DNA of 64,000 nucleotides from Felis catus (lineage: Eukaryota). The translations under genes and the position numbers were made by a program. The notes below the pieces were generated by a model, which saw nothing but the letters and a program-made list of their open reading frames with translations, did no database searches and was not told where the DNA came from. This document shows positions 51,697 through 64,000 of this stretch, one piece after another. The DNA lies in assembly GCF_018350175.1 (NCBI RefSeq), contig NC_058368.1, forward strand, positions 66,032,001 through 66,096,000. The letters are read 5' to 3'. Position 1 is the stretch's first letter. The number at the start of each line of letters is the position of its first letter.

Positions 51697-52234
51697 TAGT
51701 TCCTTATTTTTAAAACAGCTTAGTGTTTCAAACTCTTCTGTGTTAACATAGTCATAGAAACATATTCCATCATCCAAAACCTATGTGCAATACCCAACCA
51801 GATGGGAGAACTGAAATTGTCATTAGTCCTAAGAATGTTAGGACTAATTCTACAAATACTAATACACAGTGCATTTTGAGGGTTCAGATCAGGCACAGGA
51901 CCTGACCTCTGAAAGGTAATTCTACAAAGTGAAATACACATGTCCCTTCATTAATCAGCCTGCTAGTATTTTTTATTGAATCACTGTGTTTATTGAATAA
52001 AATATTTGGCAAATTTTTGGTGATCCAATTTAACATGTGCCTAATACTACCTTTATTGACTGAAAATCCAGATATATATTTCCCGAAGTTGGCCATGAGA
52101 GAATGTTTAAATGTGCTTGCTACTTAATTACAATCATAGTATCCAACTTCTAAAACTATGAGAGAGTTGTAAGAAACTTTATTCACCTATCTTGGTGGTT
52201 CTGGCTTTCATTCAAGAGAACATTACATCCATAG

Positions 52235-52462
52235 CAATAATAGCTAACAGCAGTTGGACACTTACTTTAACCAGGAAGTACTGTAATCACTTTATCCTTT
52301 TAATCCTTAAAACAATCCTATGAAGTAGTTCATATTATGATCCCTATCGTACAGAAGGGAAAACTGAGACCAGATAAGTTAAGTGACATATCCAAGGCCA
52401 TATAACTTGTAAGTTGCAATACCAGGATTTGGCTTTAGAGCCCAGGTTCTTAACCACTACAT
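52235..52462 (-). mobile_element. MIR (near full length)
   Basis: aataatagctaac...aacaatcctatgaagtag...acagaagggaaaactgagacc...gttaagtgacatatccaaggcca...cttaaccactac. Confidence 0.85.
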
Positions 52463-52551
52463 AAATTAATTCTTACTAAGTGTTTAGAAAGTAATCCTTA
52501 GTCTTTGGCTGCATAGGATGATGGGATATGTTGGGGGAAATAGAACATTGC

Positions 52552-52845
52552 CAGCACTATCTAATAGAATCTTCCATCAACGATGGAAATGGTCTGTGTC
52601 TGTATTGTCTAAGATAGTAGCCACTAGCCACATGGGCTATTGAGCACTTGAAATGTATCGAGTGAGACTGAAAAACTGAGTTTTTATTTTATTTAATTTT
52701 ACGTAATTTAAATTTACTCACATGCAGCTATTGGGCACCTAAAATATGGTTAGTGTATCTGAGGTGCTAAATTTTTCATTTATTTGTAGGTAATTTACAT
52801 TTTAATCACTGTAGATGGCTAGCAGCTCTGGTGTTGGACACTGCA
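52552..52845. mobile_element. MER3-like hAT-Charlie element with internal ~90-bp tandem duplication
   Basis: cagcactatctaatagaa start, tagccactagccacatg...gctattgagcacttgaaatg, ttggacactgca end; middle module repeated at 52629 and 52719. Confidence 0.82.
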
Positions 52846-53079
52846 AGTTTAGACCATTAAAGCACCTAAAGACTCAATGGCATGGCTCAGCACCTGAATC
52901 TATCTGATTCTCTTCAAGAAGATATTTTTATTAGAGGCCTTTTTGGTGCTTAGATCCAGACTAAGGATATGGTAGACATAACAGAAATAAAAACCGTACC
53001 ACTGGATCCTGGGAAATTATAATTTTCCAAAGAGATGAAATGGGTATTTTCAAAGTGGGAGTTGGGTTAAGTGAAGACA

Positions 53080-53265
53080 ACATAGTTAAGAGCAATAGTC
53101 TTTGAATCACTGCATGAGTTCGAATCCTGACTTCATCTTTTATTATCTATGTGGTACTTGGGGAACATTAACCTTCAAAAATCTCACTTTTCTCATCAAT
53201 AAACTGGAGATTATAGTACCTACCTCTTAGCATTGTGTGGATTAAACTAGATAAAGCATGGAAAT
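53080..53265 (+). mobile_element. MIR
   Basis: gttaagagca...gagttcgaatcctgac...ttttctcatcaataaactggagattatagtacctacctc...ggattaaa. Confidence 0.82.
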
Positions 53266-53699
53266 CTGAGGGGTTGAGACGTGTCCACAGAGATAGCACT
53301 GACAGAGAAGCACTGTGGTTCTCTATTCAGGTGAAAAACCTGTGAAGGTATGAACAGAAAATAGAATAGAAAGTAGAAGACAACAGAGTAGGTAAGGAGG
53401 CGGGACAATATCAGACACCAGAAATAGGCAAAAGAGATAACAAGGGCGGACGGAAAAACCACAGGAAAATGGTCAGAGGATAGTTAATTAGTAAGAAACT
53501 GAAGGTACAAGATTAGAGGAAGTGCATTTCATCAAGCCAGCTTCTTCTTATCCCTGCTCAGGATTCACCTACGTTCCTGAGAGATGGGACTCATCCCAGT
53601 AGAGATGAATTTGCCTTTGCTCAAGTGAATAAGCACTTGGTGAGACAGGTTGGAAAACTGTGAATTCAAACTCACAGTTTGAACTGTGAGTTCAAACAG

Positions 53700-54320
53700 G
53701 CATGATGTGCTCAGGTACCTGTGAGGAAACCAAACTGGGAAAAAAAAAAAAAAGGATACTTGCTGGTATGCACTGGGAGGTAAGATTGGTCATAATTGAA
53801 CTGTTTATGCTTTGAAAGGAAGGCCAAACAGTTGACTTTCTCTTGTCGTATAGGCAATGACAAGTCACAGGGTATTTTTATTCAGGGAAGGGCAGGATCT
53901 AAGTATTCATCTGGAAGCCAAGGAAAGGAAGGTTTCAGATGAATGAGACTAATGGAGGGGTCCTCTCAGCATGGAAGGAGAAAGGAAGACAGCACTCACA
54001 GTAGAGTTGGGAAAACAATTTATAGGACTTCATGTCTGAATATCTAGGTCACTAGATGTAGAGGGGCAAGAAAAGAAATCCATCAGTTATGACTGAGATA
54101 AGCACACAAAAGAAAGATGATGTCAGCAAATACAAAAGCTAGTTTGGAGTATGGCGAACATGGATTTCTTCAATCTGTTTACGGCTTGATGGATTTGAGA
54201 AACAGTGGGACCAAAAACTGGGCATATCCAATTGGATGCTGAAAATAGTACTGTTCTGTAGTAGTGTTCACAAAACAGGAGCTAGGGATGCCAAGAACCA
54301 TTGGAGGGTTTCCATAGCCC
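53700..54320 (-). mobile_element. Decayed L2 body fragments
   Basis: L2-like purine-rich segments (taggcaatgacaagtcacagggtattttta, ggagctagggatg); boundaries approximate. Confidence 0.45.
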
Positions 54321-56434
54321 AAATGGATCTGCGGCCAACTTTCCTAATCAACTCCAACAGATTGTGCCCAGAATCCTCTCTCCTGGGTACCACACGGTGC
54401 CTACATGTTCCTTCCCTGCGTAGTTATACTGTCTTTACCTCTACATGTTAAATATTTAACAGCCTGCTCATCAGTATGTATTCTCAGAATGAACCTATAT
54501 CTATAATCCCCAACCTCTTTAATTAAGTGTAGTCAGAATGTCAACTGTGCAAACATAAGAATGCTTAACATAATGATTCAATGGAGACAGGCTTACATTG
54601 CTCCCCCAAATATATTTCCTCAAGATTCAAGAACCCCTCGATGGTCAAATTTATCACACACATTGACAGTTATAACTGCAGTCAGTCCAAGAGGAAATTT
54701 ATTTTCTATTGGCTTTGGCTTTTGCAGTCCTCAATGCATGAAATCTAGGATTACTTTGTTCATTTCTGGCCACTGCCAAGTCTGAATTTCAAGTTGAGGC
54801 ATGAAATTTGTTAATTTTATTAAAAACCTTGCCCCAGGGCATTCGTTTTCTTCACTGGCCAGAATACCATGTATGAGAAAGCAGCCCATGACTTCACTGC
54901 CTGCCTTGTGGCACAGTTGTCTCCAATGAAGACTGAACATGTAAGGACCCATATAATCTATTCATTGGTTTCTGAACATGGGGTCCCCCCACACACACAC
55001 ACACGACCCACCCAAAGAGCAAGACAAATAGACACGATGAAGCTTTTGCAATGCAACTTTGCAAGGAGCAGCGAGATGGTTTTTGAATCCAATATTGCCA
55101 AGTTACTGATTTAAGAATGCCCTAGAGTATAAATTATTTCTCTCAACCTCCAGAGTGACTTTTGTCAAATGCCTTCTGCTTAGCCCATTAAGGGTGAAAA
55201 CCATGAAATATTATTTGATTTGTAACTCAAGAAAATGCCCTAAAACCACCTGTCCCTCTTTGGAAAACTGCCAGAACAAAGTGAGAGGAAAGGTTCAGTC
55301 TGAGAACAATAATTTGAAGTTGCCCCATGTGGCTCTGATCAAAGGTTGAGCCTGTGGGCTGCATTCAGGCTTCCGGTCTTTTAAGGAGGATTTACATTTA
55401 TTTTTCTTAACCCACGTGGGAGTCCCGGGTTTTGAGATCAAAATTTCAAATAGTTTAATAGTGGCCATGCAACATTTTAAAAATAAAATCTGACAATGAA
55501 TTGTGTTGAATAGCTATTGCATTTCCTTTGAATTCCGTTTGGGGAAGTTAGTTTCAGGATTCATTTAATTTCCATATGGAATTGGTAGATATTAAATTCC
55601 ATTTCTCCCGAGTGCCTCAGGACTTTTAAAAAAATCATTTTACTTCTGCTGTGCCGTGCCTCGATCCCTATCCACTTGATCTATGATCACTGGGCATTGG
55701 ATTGCTAGTGTTCATTATACACTTGTTAAATCAACCTTTAAAATGTAAGGCAAGAAAAGTTTAATTTAAAGCTGCACCAGGCATTTGTTGAAGATGCAGA
55801 AGTTAATAGTTTGGAAATACAAGATGTTAAGGAATAAGCCTCAGTCGACAAATTGATTAAAAGACGAAAATCAAATTCTTTAATCAGAAATGTCTGACCT
55901 GGCAGAGAAGGAGCTACTTGAGAGCTAGTGTGGTAGTTTAGGAAGGTGCCCGTGATCCTCTCTGATAAATCCATGTCCATTTATACAGAAAAGTCACAGT
56001 AATATGTGCTGAGAGAATAAGGATACCAGCATCAAATTATTTGCTGCTGGAACGCATTCAGGGCCTTATTTTAAGATTTAGGTTTGACTTTCATGGAATA
56101 CGTATTGTCTGCCAGATGATATCATACATGATATTTTTATGCTTTAATAATAATGGGTTGTAATTAGTATATCATTTTTGCTTCCACAGTGTTCCTCTAT
56201 TTCATTTAAATATCTTAAGGTTCTCCTAAACATACGCAATCTTTTTGTTGATCACTTTTAGGCAAGTCCTTACCTGAATGAATAAAATTTAAAATTAGAG
56301 GACGTTTACTTCCCAGGGGTTTAATATATGTGTGTTAAACTTGACATATGGGTTGTATATCCAAAGGACGATGATGAAGAAATAGCTTCACAAACAGTTA
56401 ATCTCTAATCTTGATCTGCTTGAAATCAATTATA

Positions 56435-58760
56435 TTTTAATGTTTATTTTGAAATAATTTTTGATTTATAAAAAAGTTGCAAAAATAGTACAGAGTTTAC
56501 ATCTGTAGTATCCTCTACTCAGCTTATCCCAATGTTAACAACATACATCCATGAACATAACACAATAATCAAAACCAGGAAATTAACACTGATGCAATGT
56601 TATTAAGTAAGTACAGGCCTTATTCTAATTTCACTATTTTTATCTTTTTCATATTTCAGGATCCAATTCAGGATCCCACATGCACTTCTATGTTTTATCT
56701 TCTTAGTCTCCTTCAATCTGTGACACTTTCTCAATTTACCTTATCTTTTATGACCTTACACTTTTGATGAGGACTAGTCAGTTATTGTGCAAAATGTCTT
56801 TCAATTTGGATTTGTCTGATGTTCTCTCATGATTAGATTGAGGTTATGCATTTGGCAAGAATACTACAGAAATGATGTATCCTTCTCATATATCATATTA
56901 GAGTGTGCATTGCAGTATCTGCTGGGTTTTTCCACTGTAAAGTCACTACTTTCCCCTGTATCTGTAATACATATTTTAGAGAAGTTACTTGAAGTCTATG
57001 CTAATATCCTGTTCGTCCTCGAACTTTTGGCTACTGATGCCACTCTAACATCCATAAAAAGATCTTGCCCACAGTAGTATTAGTGGAACATCTGCATAAA
57101 GGTGATTTTGTATTTCCCTTTGTCCTTCTAGGTGTATTAATTGGAATCCTTTCAAAAATCGGATTTTTTTCTCTTCCAACTACTTATTTTTTCAATTATT
57201 CATTTATGTCAGTAAGGACTCACGGATACTGATTTTATTCTGTGGAGATAATCCAATAATTATGATTATTTTCTTCGTTGCTCAATTTGTTCCAGTTTGT
57301 GTATTGCAGTCTCCTCTTAGTTGGTAACTGTTGTTCTGACATGCTTGCCAATCTTTTTTGGGCACTTCTTAATTTTTGCCAACGCGGATTCTCTCAGAAT
57401 CTTACTTTGTTTTCCTTACTCCAGTCCTGGAGTCAACCTCTTCCCCAAGGAACACTCATTCCTCATACTGAAGGATGGTATTAGAAACCAAGATCTGGGC
57501 GCTAAATGTGCTCCTTGCTATTGGAGTGTTACTGCTACCAGCCCCTTTCTGTACACAGAACTAGGAGATACATATTACATATTTCACCCATACTCACAGT
57601 TTATGTTTGTCTATCTCCTGATCTCCCTAACCCCAATGGATATATATACTGGAGTTCATACTGATTCCAGTTCCGCACCACAAAGTTCATTCTAGCTTCT
57701 CTCTTTATTTGTAACTGCTATCTCCAACAGTAAGAAACCTGGCTCCCATGATCTTCAATATGTTAACATATTTGCCTAACCCTAGCATATACATATATCA
57801 GAGCTGCTAACTCACAACTCTTTAAAAAATGTATCTAGATGTACAGTATCTGTATACAAATTCTTTTTTATAATTTTCTTAAATGTTTATTTTTGAGAGA
57901 GTGAGAGAGACAGAGTGTGAGCAGGGCAGAGAGAGAGAGAGATACACACAGAATCCAAAGCAGGCTCCAGGTTCCGAGCTGTCAGCACAGAGCCCGACAT
58001 GGGGCTCGAACCTGCAAACCGTACGATCATGACCTGAGCCGAAGTCAGACGCTTAACCGACTGAGCCACCCGGGTGCCCCACCCTACTGTAGTTCTACGT
58101 CCCAAAACTATACACAAAACTTACACTCTGAAAAGTTTTGTTCCCTCCTTATGCATAGTAACCCATGACCATCCCTCTTTCTTTCCAGCCCATTCCCACC
58201 TACCATGTGTAGGTTGGTCAGTCCACTTCATTTCTGGTTTATCTTTTCTGTACATCTTTTGCAGGAATGATCAGATATGTGTGTCTTTTCTTATATATTT
58301 TATTTTTCTTACATGCGGGGCAACATACTATACTCTTTTACACAGACTGTTTTTACTTAATTGTGGAAATCATTCCAGATCAGTTCATAGAGATCATCCT
58401 CATTCTGGTTTGCAGTTGCTTAGTACTCCATTGTCTGGAAGTACCTTTTGGTATTGCAAATGATGCTACAATGCTTAACTTCGTGCAAATGTATGTTTGG
58501 AGGTGTACTTATGGACAGGTTCCTAGAAACGGGATTGTGAGTCAAAACGTAAGTGCGTATGTCATTTGATTAGCTATTGCCCATTTTTCTCCTGAAGGCT
58601 TGTACCAATATGCATTTCCAGCTGGCACTAGTGTGAAGATTTTTTCCCCTACATCCTCAGCAAGAGAATGTGTTGTCATACTTTTTTTTTAATTTGTCAA
58701 TCTGATAGATGAGAAATTCTATCAAATTATTGTTTAATTTTTTCTCTTATTTTGACATAG
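56435..58760 (-). mobile_element. Ancient L1MC-like 3' region, antisense
   Basis: ttattttgaaataattt...aaaagttgcaaaaatagtacagag, caggatccaattcaggatcccac, tcatgattagattgaggttatgcatttggcaagaatac, ttagaaaccaagatctgggcgcta. Confidence 0.82.
57864..58080 (-). mobile_element. CAN-SINE nested in L1MC-like element
   Basis: Reverse head ...gagccacccgggtgcccc; no clear TSD. Confidence 0.93.
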
Positions 58761-59812
58761 TTTAGCAGGATAAATTAACAACCTTTTTCATTCATCATCA
58801 GTATCACGTGAGGATTTTTCTTTACTAAGATATTATTATTAAGATAACTCAAAAAACTTCCTAACATGTTAAATATGAGTGAGATATATGTTAATTTATG
58901 AAAAATAGAGATTTATTCTTTAACAATATTTTTAATGTTAGGGAAACATTTTTTATTGTTTCCTAAACTCTCATAATGTTTCTGGACTTCATCACAAATG
59001 ATTTCCTGTAGTAGAATTCTGAGAAATAAGTATGAACATATGAAGAGGACTGTAATTACTGCAATTATGGAAAAGTAATTTACTGGCTGTATAAATTCAA
59101 CAGATTTCAAACAGAGTGGATAGGCCATAAAAAGCAGGCAGGATATTGAAAATAAATATTTTGGGAGCTAGGAAATTGCTGGGTAAATGCACATACCAAA
59201 TGTAAATGCTTTGTTAACATTTATATAATTTAGTTTTTTTAAACTAAAAAACATATGGGTTTTTTTAATTAGAAAAATCAAATAGATGCTAAGATGGTCA
59301 AGTGTTTGCAGATATCATTCTTCCTCTTGTCCCTCTGGTAGATATGAGATACCTAAACAAAATTTTCATTTTGTGATAATTGGGTTAAAATTAAGCAACA
59401 AAAACAAAAAACAAAAACAAAAAGACTTTACAGAATTGTTCTTATAGTTATCAATAGTAGAGCCCTGTTGGGAATGAATTATTGTGGAATATGATAAAAA
59501 TATTTACAAGAGGTGAGGAGCAATATAGAGGGGAAAGGTCATGGACTTTAGTTCAAAAGAGACCCCAGGTTTGGCTCCTACGTGGCCACTTGTTAGTTGC
59601 ACAGTAATCAGCCACTAGCAGTCATGGGTTCTTATACTAAAACTAGGTGCTTTTCCAAGAAAATAGCCCTATCGTGAAATATACCCTCTAGTATCACTGC
59701 GCTCACATCTGCTCAGATGAACCTCCAGTAGACCCTATTTCAGAAGAGGATGTTGGTAACATTAATTATGATATTAAAAGCCAGTAAGTTCTTTTGCGTT
59801 TTTTAAAAAAAA

Positions 59813-59985
59813 TCACCAAAACAATCCCCAAAGACGGGGAATTATTGTCCCTGTTTTATAGAGCAGGAAAGTGAGCGTCAGAGAGCTCAACTTCATACTG
59901 CCAGTAACTGGTGAAGCCAGGGTTCTATGTCCACTTTATCCAAGGCAAAGCCCATGTTTTAAACTGTAGGCTACAACTTCCCTCT
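59813..59985 (-). mobile_element. MIR fragment
   Basis: aacaatcccc...attattgtccctgttttatagagcaggaaagtgag...caaagcccatgttttaaac. Confidence 0.65.
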
Positions 59986-60037
59986 ACCTAACTCTGTACT
60001 CCATCCAGAGGACTGCCAAAGAAAATAGATCTGCTGT

Positions 60038-60163
60038 GGGGCACCTGGGTGTCTCAGTCTGTTAAGCGTCTGACTCTTGATTTCGGCTCAGGTCACGATC
60101 TCAATGCTGAAGGGATCAAGCCCTGCGCCAGGCTCTGTGCTGACAGCTCCAAACCTGCTTGGG

Positions 60164-60203
<40 letters not shown>

Positions 60204-60276
60204 TCTCTCTCTGCCCCTCCCCACGCACATGTTCCCTGTCTCTCTCTCTCTCTCAAACATATAAGCATTAAAAAAA
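60038..60276 (+). mobile_element. CAN-SINE with long (CT)n
   Basis: TSD aaaatagatctgctgtg. Confidence 0.95.
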
Positions 60277-60374
60277 AAAATAGATCTGCTGTGAACCAGA
60301 GACCTAGCATAACTGATGTTCATGTCCTATCCATGACAATAACTGGGAACTCACCTTTTGTGTGTGTGTGTGTT

Positions 60375-60587
60375 TCTTTTTTTTTTTTTTTAAGTTTATT
60401 TATTTTGAGAAAGAGGGAGAGGGTGAGAGTGGGAGGGACGGAGAGATATGGAGAGAGAGGATCCCAATAGGCTCCGTGCTGTCACTGTAGAGCCTGATGA
60501 GGGTCTCAAACCCACGAACCATAATATCATGACCAGATCTAAAATCAAGCGTCAGATGCTTAATTGACTGAGCCATCCAGATGCTCC
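60375..60587 (-). mobile_element. CAN-SINE
   Basis: Poly-T, reverse body ending gactgagccatccagatgctccc. Confidence 0.9.
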
Positions 60588-62439
60588 CTTTTTTTGCTTC
60601 TTGATGAAAAAATAAAATTTATAACTTGTTGCACATAGTTTACTAGTTCTTTCATCTTGGATAAGATATTGTTCTGAATTATAACACTGAAATCCTGGGC
60701 CATATTGTTTTGATTGCTTACAGAATTGTTTTTATGAAATGATACTCCATAGTCTTACCAGCCATGTACAGCAAGGTCTTATAAGAATCATCTGAGGTGA
60801 GCTATTGAACTTCTTGTGAAGATGCCATGGAGAAAGCTCTCCACCATATCATACAGGATCCCCTTTAACAGACTCAGAGCAGAGTCAGGAAAAGCTAGTT
60901 CCCAAGCAACTAGTTTGATTTAATACAATGGAAAATGTAATTATCGTGAGCAGTCATGTTTCCCAGATACCTTTGACTCACTGACCATCAGAGCAACCCA
61001 CCTTTGTCATATAACGTGAAATTTTTATTACTGCACCTTCTCTCTGGAGTCATCTCATTTTTCACTTTTTTTAATTTCTGTTTTGTGTTCTTTTCCTGTG
61101 TTTCTGTGTGTATCTGCCATTTAAGTCGAGTTTTCAATGAGGTTAAATTTAAATAAACCTGCTCTACATGCCCTTGGGCAAGTTACTTAAAATGTCTGAC
61201 TCTTAATCTCATTAGTTATAAAGCGCTTGCCTTTCTTAGTTGTTAGAACTAAAAGTAGTGTGCGTAAAATACATAACATACTACAACTTTGAGATTAAAA
61301 GGAATTCTGAGTAGCCACCCCTGAGAAATTGTAGGATTGTATTTGTTAAAAGCAAGTCTAAGGGTGAGAAAGGAACTTAAAGTCTGTAGTAGTGTGGAGG
61401 GTAATATAATTCATAACGATATTCTCATTAATTTGATATTAATTTAATGATACTATAATATCATCTATTTGAATAGTATTAACGATCGTGGACGCCTAAT
61501 TAGGAGCCCACGTACTAGTTCCTATATTTCTGAGCACCCATTAGGTCCACCTTAGTGTGCCTTTGAATATTTTTTAAATGCGGTGTTATTCTTGGATAAC
61601 GTTAAGGGATTGTAAAATGAGGAAACAGCACTAAGAGTTGCTGAAAAGCCACAAATTGCCAGATGACAAACCAGCTTAAATTAAACATTACCAAAACACT
61701 TGAACACAAGGCTCTTCCCAGTCCTCCGAGATGAGGGTGAGTGGAATGGAGTGGGCTCTCTGCTTGTTGATCCAAGCCAATTTGTTGAATGTGCTGAGTA
61801 CAGAATACGTTCACCATCTCGGAATCAGTGACACCCTTTTCCCTTTGGGTTCAGTATCCTTTTGTCTTCTTTCCCAGGAAGGGACAAGAACGTGATTTCC
61901 TCTTTTCACCTGCAAAAAACCAGATAGTGTGGAAGACAAAACTTACTTTAAAAACATCAAGGACCTTAAGGATTCCTCAAAAGCAAATAATATACAATGT
62001 GTTTAGGAATCATTTGAGTTGAGAAATTTCTATTTAAATTAGCAAATATTGCTGGATGCATACCGATGTCGTAATTATATATACTCATTATAATAAAGAA
62101 AACGGTTTTGCAGTTTAATCAGTGTTACTTGAAAGCCTCTTTAAATTATTGTGGCAGATGTCATTAAAATAGAAACCTTACACTTGTATGGGACATTTTG
62201 TTTACCGATGTTTCTTCATTGACTTGTCAGGTCCATAAAATAACAGACCTTCTGAGTTTTCATGTTTGGCCCGATCACAGCATCTGACTCCAAATGCACG
62301 ACTGATAGATAATCTCCAAATTTAGTTAAAGCATTTTTGAAAATAAATACTTATTTCACAGATCTATTTCAAACACAAAAGGAAGTAACACTGTTGAGAA
62401 AATGTCAAGCTTTATGTCTGGGAAAGTGGGCAATTTTTG

Positions 62440-62530
62440 CTTTGTGTTTTTGTTTTTGTTTTTTTGGGTTATTTTCTGTTCTGTTTTGTTTTTTGGATTT
62501 GTTGTTGTTATTGTTGTTATTGCTGTTGTT
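62440..62530. repeat. T-rich (TTTTG)n/(TTG)n low-complexity tract
   Basis: Direct inspection. Confidence 0.8.
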
Positions 62531-62951
62531 AGACTTCTCTGCAGGAAGGAAAGAAAGACACTAGAGCTGGGGAAAAACAGAGACTAGTAATGAGTGAAGA
62601 CAGAAAAGGTGAGGAGCCTTTGCATACCTTCAGGCATAAGAATATGCAAAGGACTTGTGAGCAGAAAACACATAGTATTGAGTGCAAAAATAAAAGGTTA
62701 TAAATATGTTTGCAGTCTTGGGAAGAGTAAGAATGAAATGGTGGTGTCAAAAATAGCAGTTGATTAAGAAATGGCATTGATTTTTCCATAGAACTAGAGG
62801 CACAGAAATTAGAAGCCAGGATAAATGAAGTTAGCGTTAGGTGACACTGGAAAAGCCTGACTTGCAAGTAAAAAGGAAGAAAGGAAATAAGTTTAGGATG
62901 AGCAATGCCTTTTGCTTCCTCTCAAGGGAATATTAACCCATGAGCTTCCAA

Positions 62952-63095
62952 ATTAATCATTAATTTATTAAAGCTTCTTTAGCCATTTCCTCTATGCCGG
63001 GCACTGGGCTAGGTGCTATGGGACCAAAAAAAAAGGAAAGAAACAGAAATCTCAGCATCGGGGACCTCAGAGCTTTGTAGGCAGCTGGATAAAGA
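62952..63095 (-). mobile_element. L2 3'-end fragment
   Basis: tatgccgggcactgggctaggtgctatggga...cctcagagctttgtag. Confidence 0.65.
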
Positions 63096-63604
63096 GTGCC
63101 AACCAAGGCGTCCCCCAGGAGGGTGTCTGAGTCTGAGCAGGTTGTAAGGCTGCCTGATGACAACAGGGAGAAGGTAGTGAGTGTGTCTTTAAAAATCCTT
63201 CCGACTTGTCCCCTGCTGCTCTCACCTTCCAACCCTGGGCCCCACTGCCCTTACATTGCTTCTTGCTCTGTGTTCATCTAGATCTACTTCCGGGGATGTT
63301 TCCCCCAGGTCTTGTGTTCTCTGCCTCCCTCTGGCCATGACATCATATGCACGTATGTACGTATGTACGTCCATACGTAAATGGAATGTGATGGAATGTG
63401 TCAGTACCATGGTCTTCCCCAGCTGACCCTAATAGAGTGTGTTCCACATTGTAGATTGGTGAATTCATAATTTTGAACAATCATTTACTGATTTAAGACT
63501 GTCTTGTGCCGATAGAGGAAATCAAAGATACCCTGTGATGATAACACACAATTTGCATATAACACCTAGGTTCTGGCTGAGCGGACAAGGCTGTGAGATC
63601 CACT

Positions 63605-63792
63605 TAGCTCTTTCCAACACACAGGCATCTTCACGACTGCTCAAAGAATCCAGGCGCATTCTCACCTAGGGCCCTTGCACCTGCTGTTCCATCTCCCTGT
63701 ATTGCTCTTCCCACAGATTTCCAAACAGTACCTTACCCCCATCTATTGAGGTTTTCACTCAAAGCACACCTTCTCAGTGAGGCTTTCTCTTG
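63605..63792 (+). mobile_element. L2 fragment
   Basis: cctagggcccttgcacctgctgttccatctccctg...ctcaaagcacaccttctcagtgaggctttctct. Confidence 0.72.
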
Positions 63793-63819
63793 TTATTGGT
63801 TTAAAACTTTAATCTTCCA

Positions 63820-64000
63820 GGGCCATTGGGTGGCTCAGTCAGTTGAGTATCCTACTTTTGATTTTTAGCTCAGGTCATGATCTCACGGCTCATGGGATCG
63901 AGCCCCACGTCGGGCTCTGCACTAACAGAGCTGAGCTTGCTTGGGATTCTTTCTCTCCCTCTATCTCTCTGTCCTTCCCCTACTCTCTCTCTCCCAAATA
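63820..64000 (+). mobile_element. CAN-SINE, truncated by window end
   Basis: gggtggctcagtcagttgag...gctcaggtcatgatctcacgg...(CT)n. Confidence 0.92.

Noticed and set aside
4643..60470. Recurrent similar ORFs (GAWVAQSVKRPTSAQVMIS..., GQRETEHERGRGRERGRHRIGNRLQ...)
   Set aside because: These are translations of CAN-SINE copies, not a gene family.
4663..64000. tRNA-like A/B boxes in many places
   Set aside because: They are heads of tRNA-derived SINEs, not tRNA genes.
4663..64000. Sense bias of SINEs (15 plus vs 9 minus by my count)
   Set aside because: The difference is too small to distinguish from chance.

Overview
This is mammalian genomic DNA, almost certainly felid (cat-like), judged from about 24 tRNA-derived CAN-SINEs (many SINEC_Fc-type) and carnivore L1s. 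The whole window appears to lie inside the very large glypican-6 (GPC6) gene on the + strand. The only protein-coding sequence I can support is one 166-bp internal exon (42566-42731, cag|GTC...ATAG|gtaag) matching GPC6 exon 4. The rest is intron filled with L1, L2, MIR, CAN-SINE, ERV/MaLR LTR and DNA-transposon relics plus microsatellites, and the other ORFs are repeat-derived or spurious. I found no new gene system. The most interesting unannotated signals are: (1) several local templated-insertion/fold-back scars (28125-28233, 31144-31223, 9557-9687, 53655-53697, 35222-35410); (2) a solo ERV LTR inserted into a CAN-SINE 4.6 kb upstream of the exon; (3) a 60-bp-period duplication with selectively preserved motif blocks; (4) near-identical SINE pairs bracketing the frameshifting exon. 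Repeat family names and reference protein comparisons come from recall of consensus sequences, not from searches.
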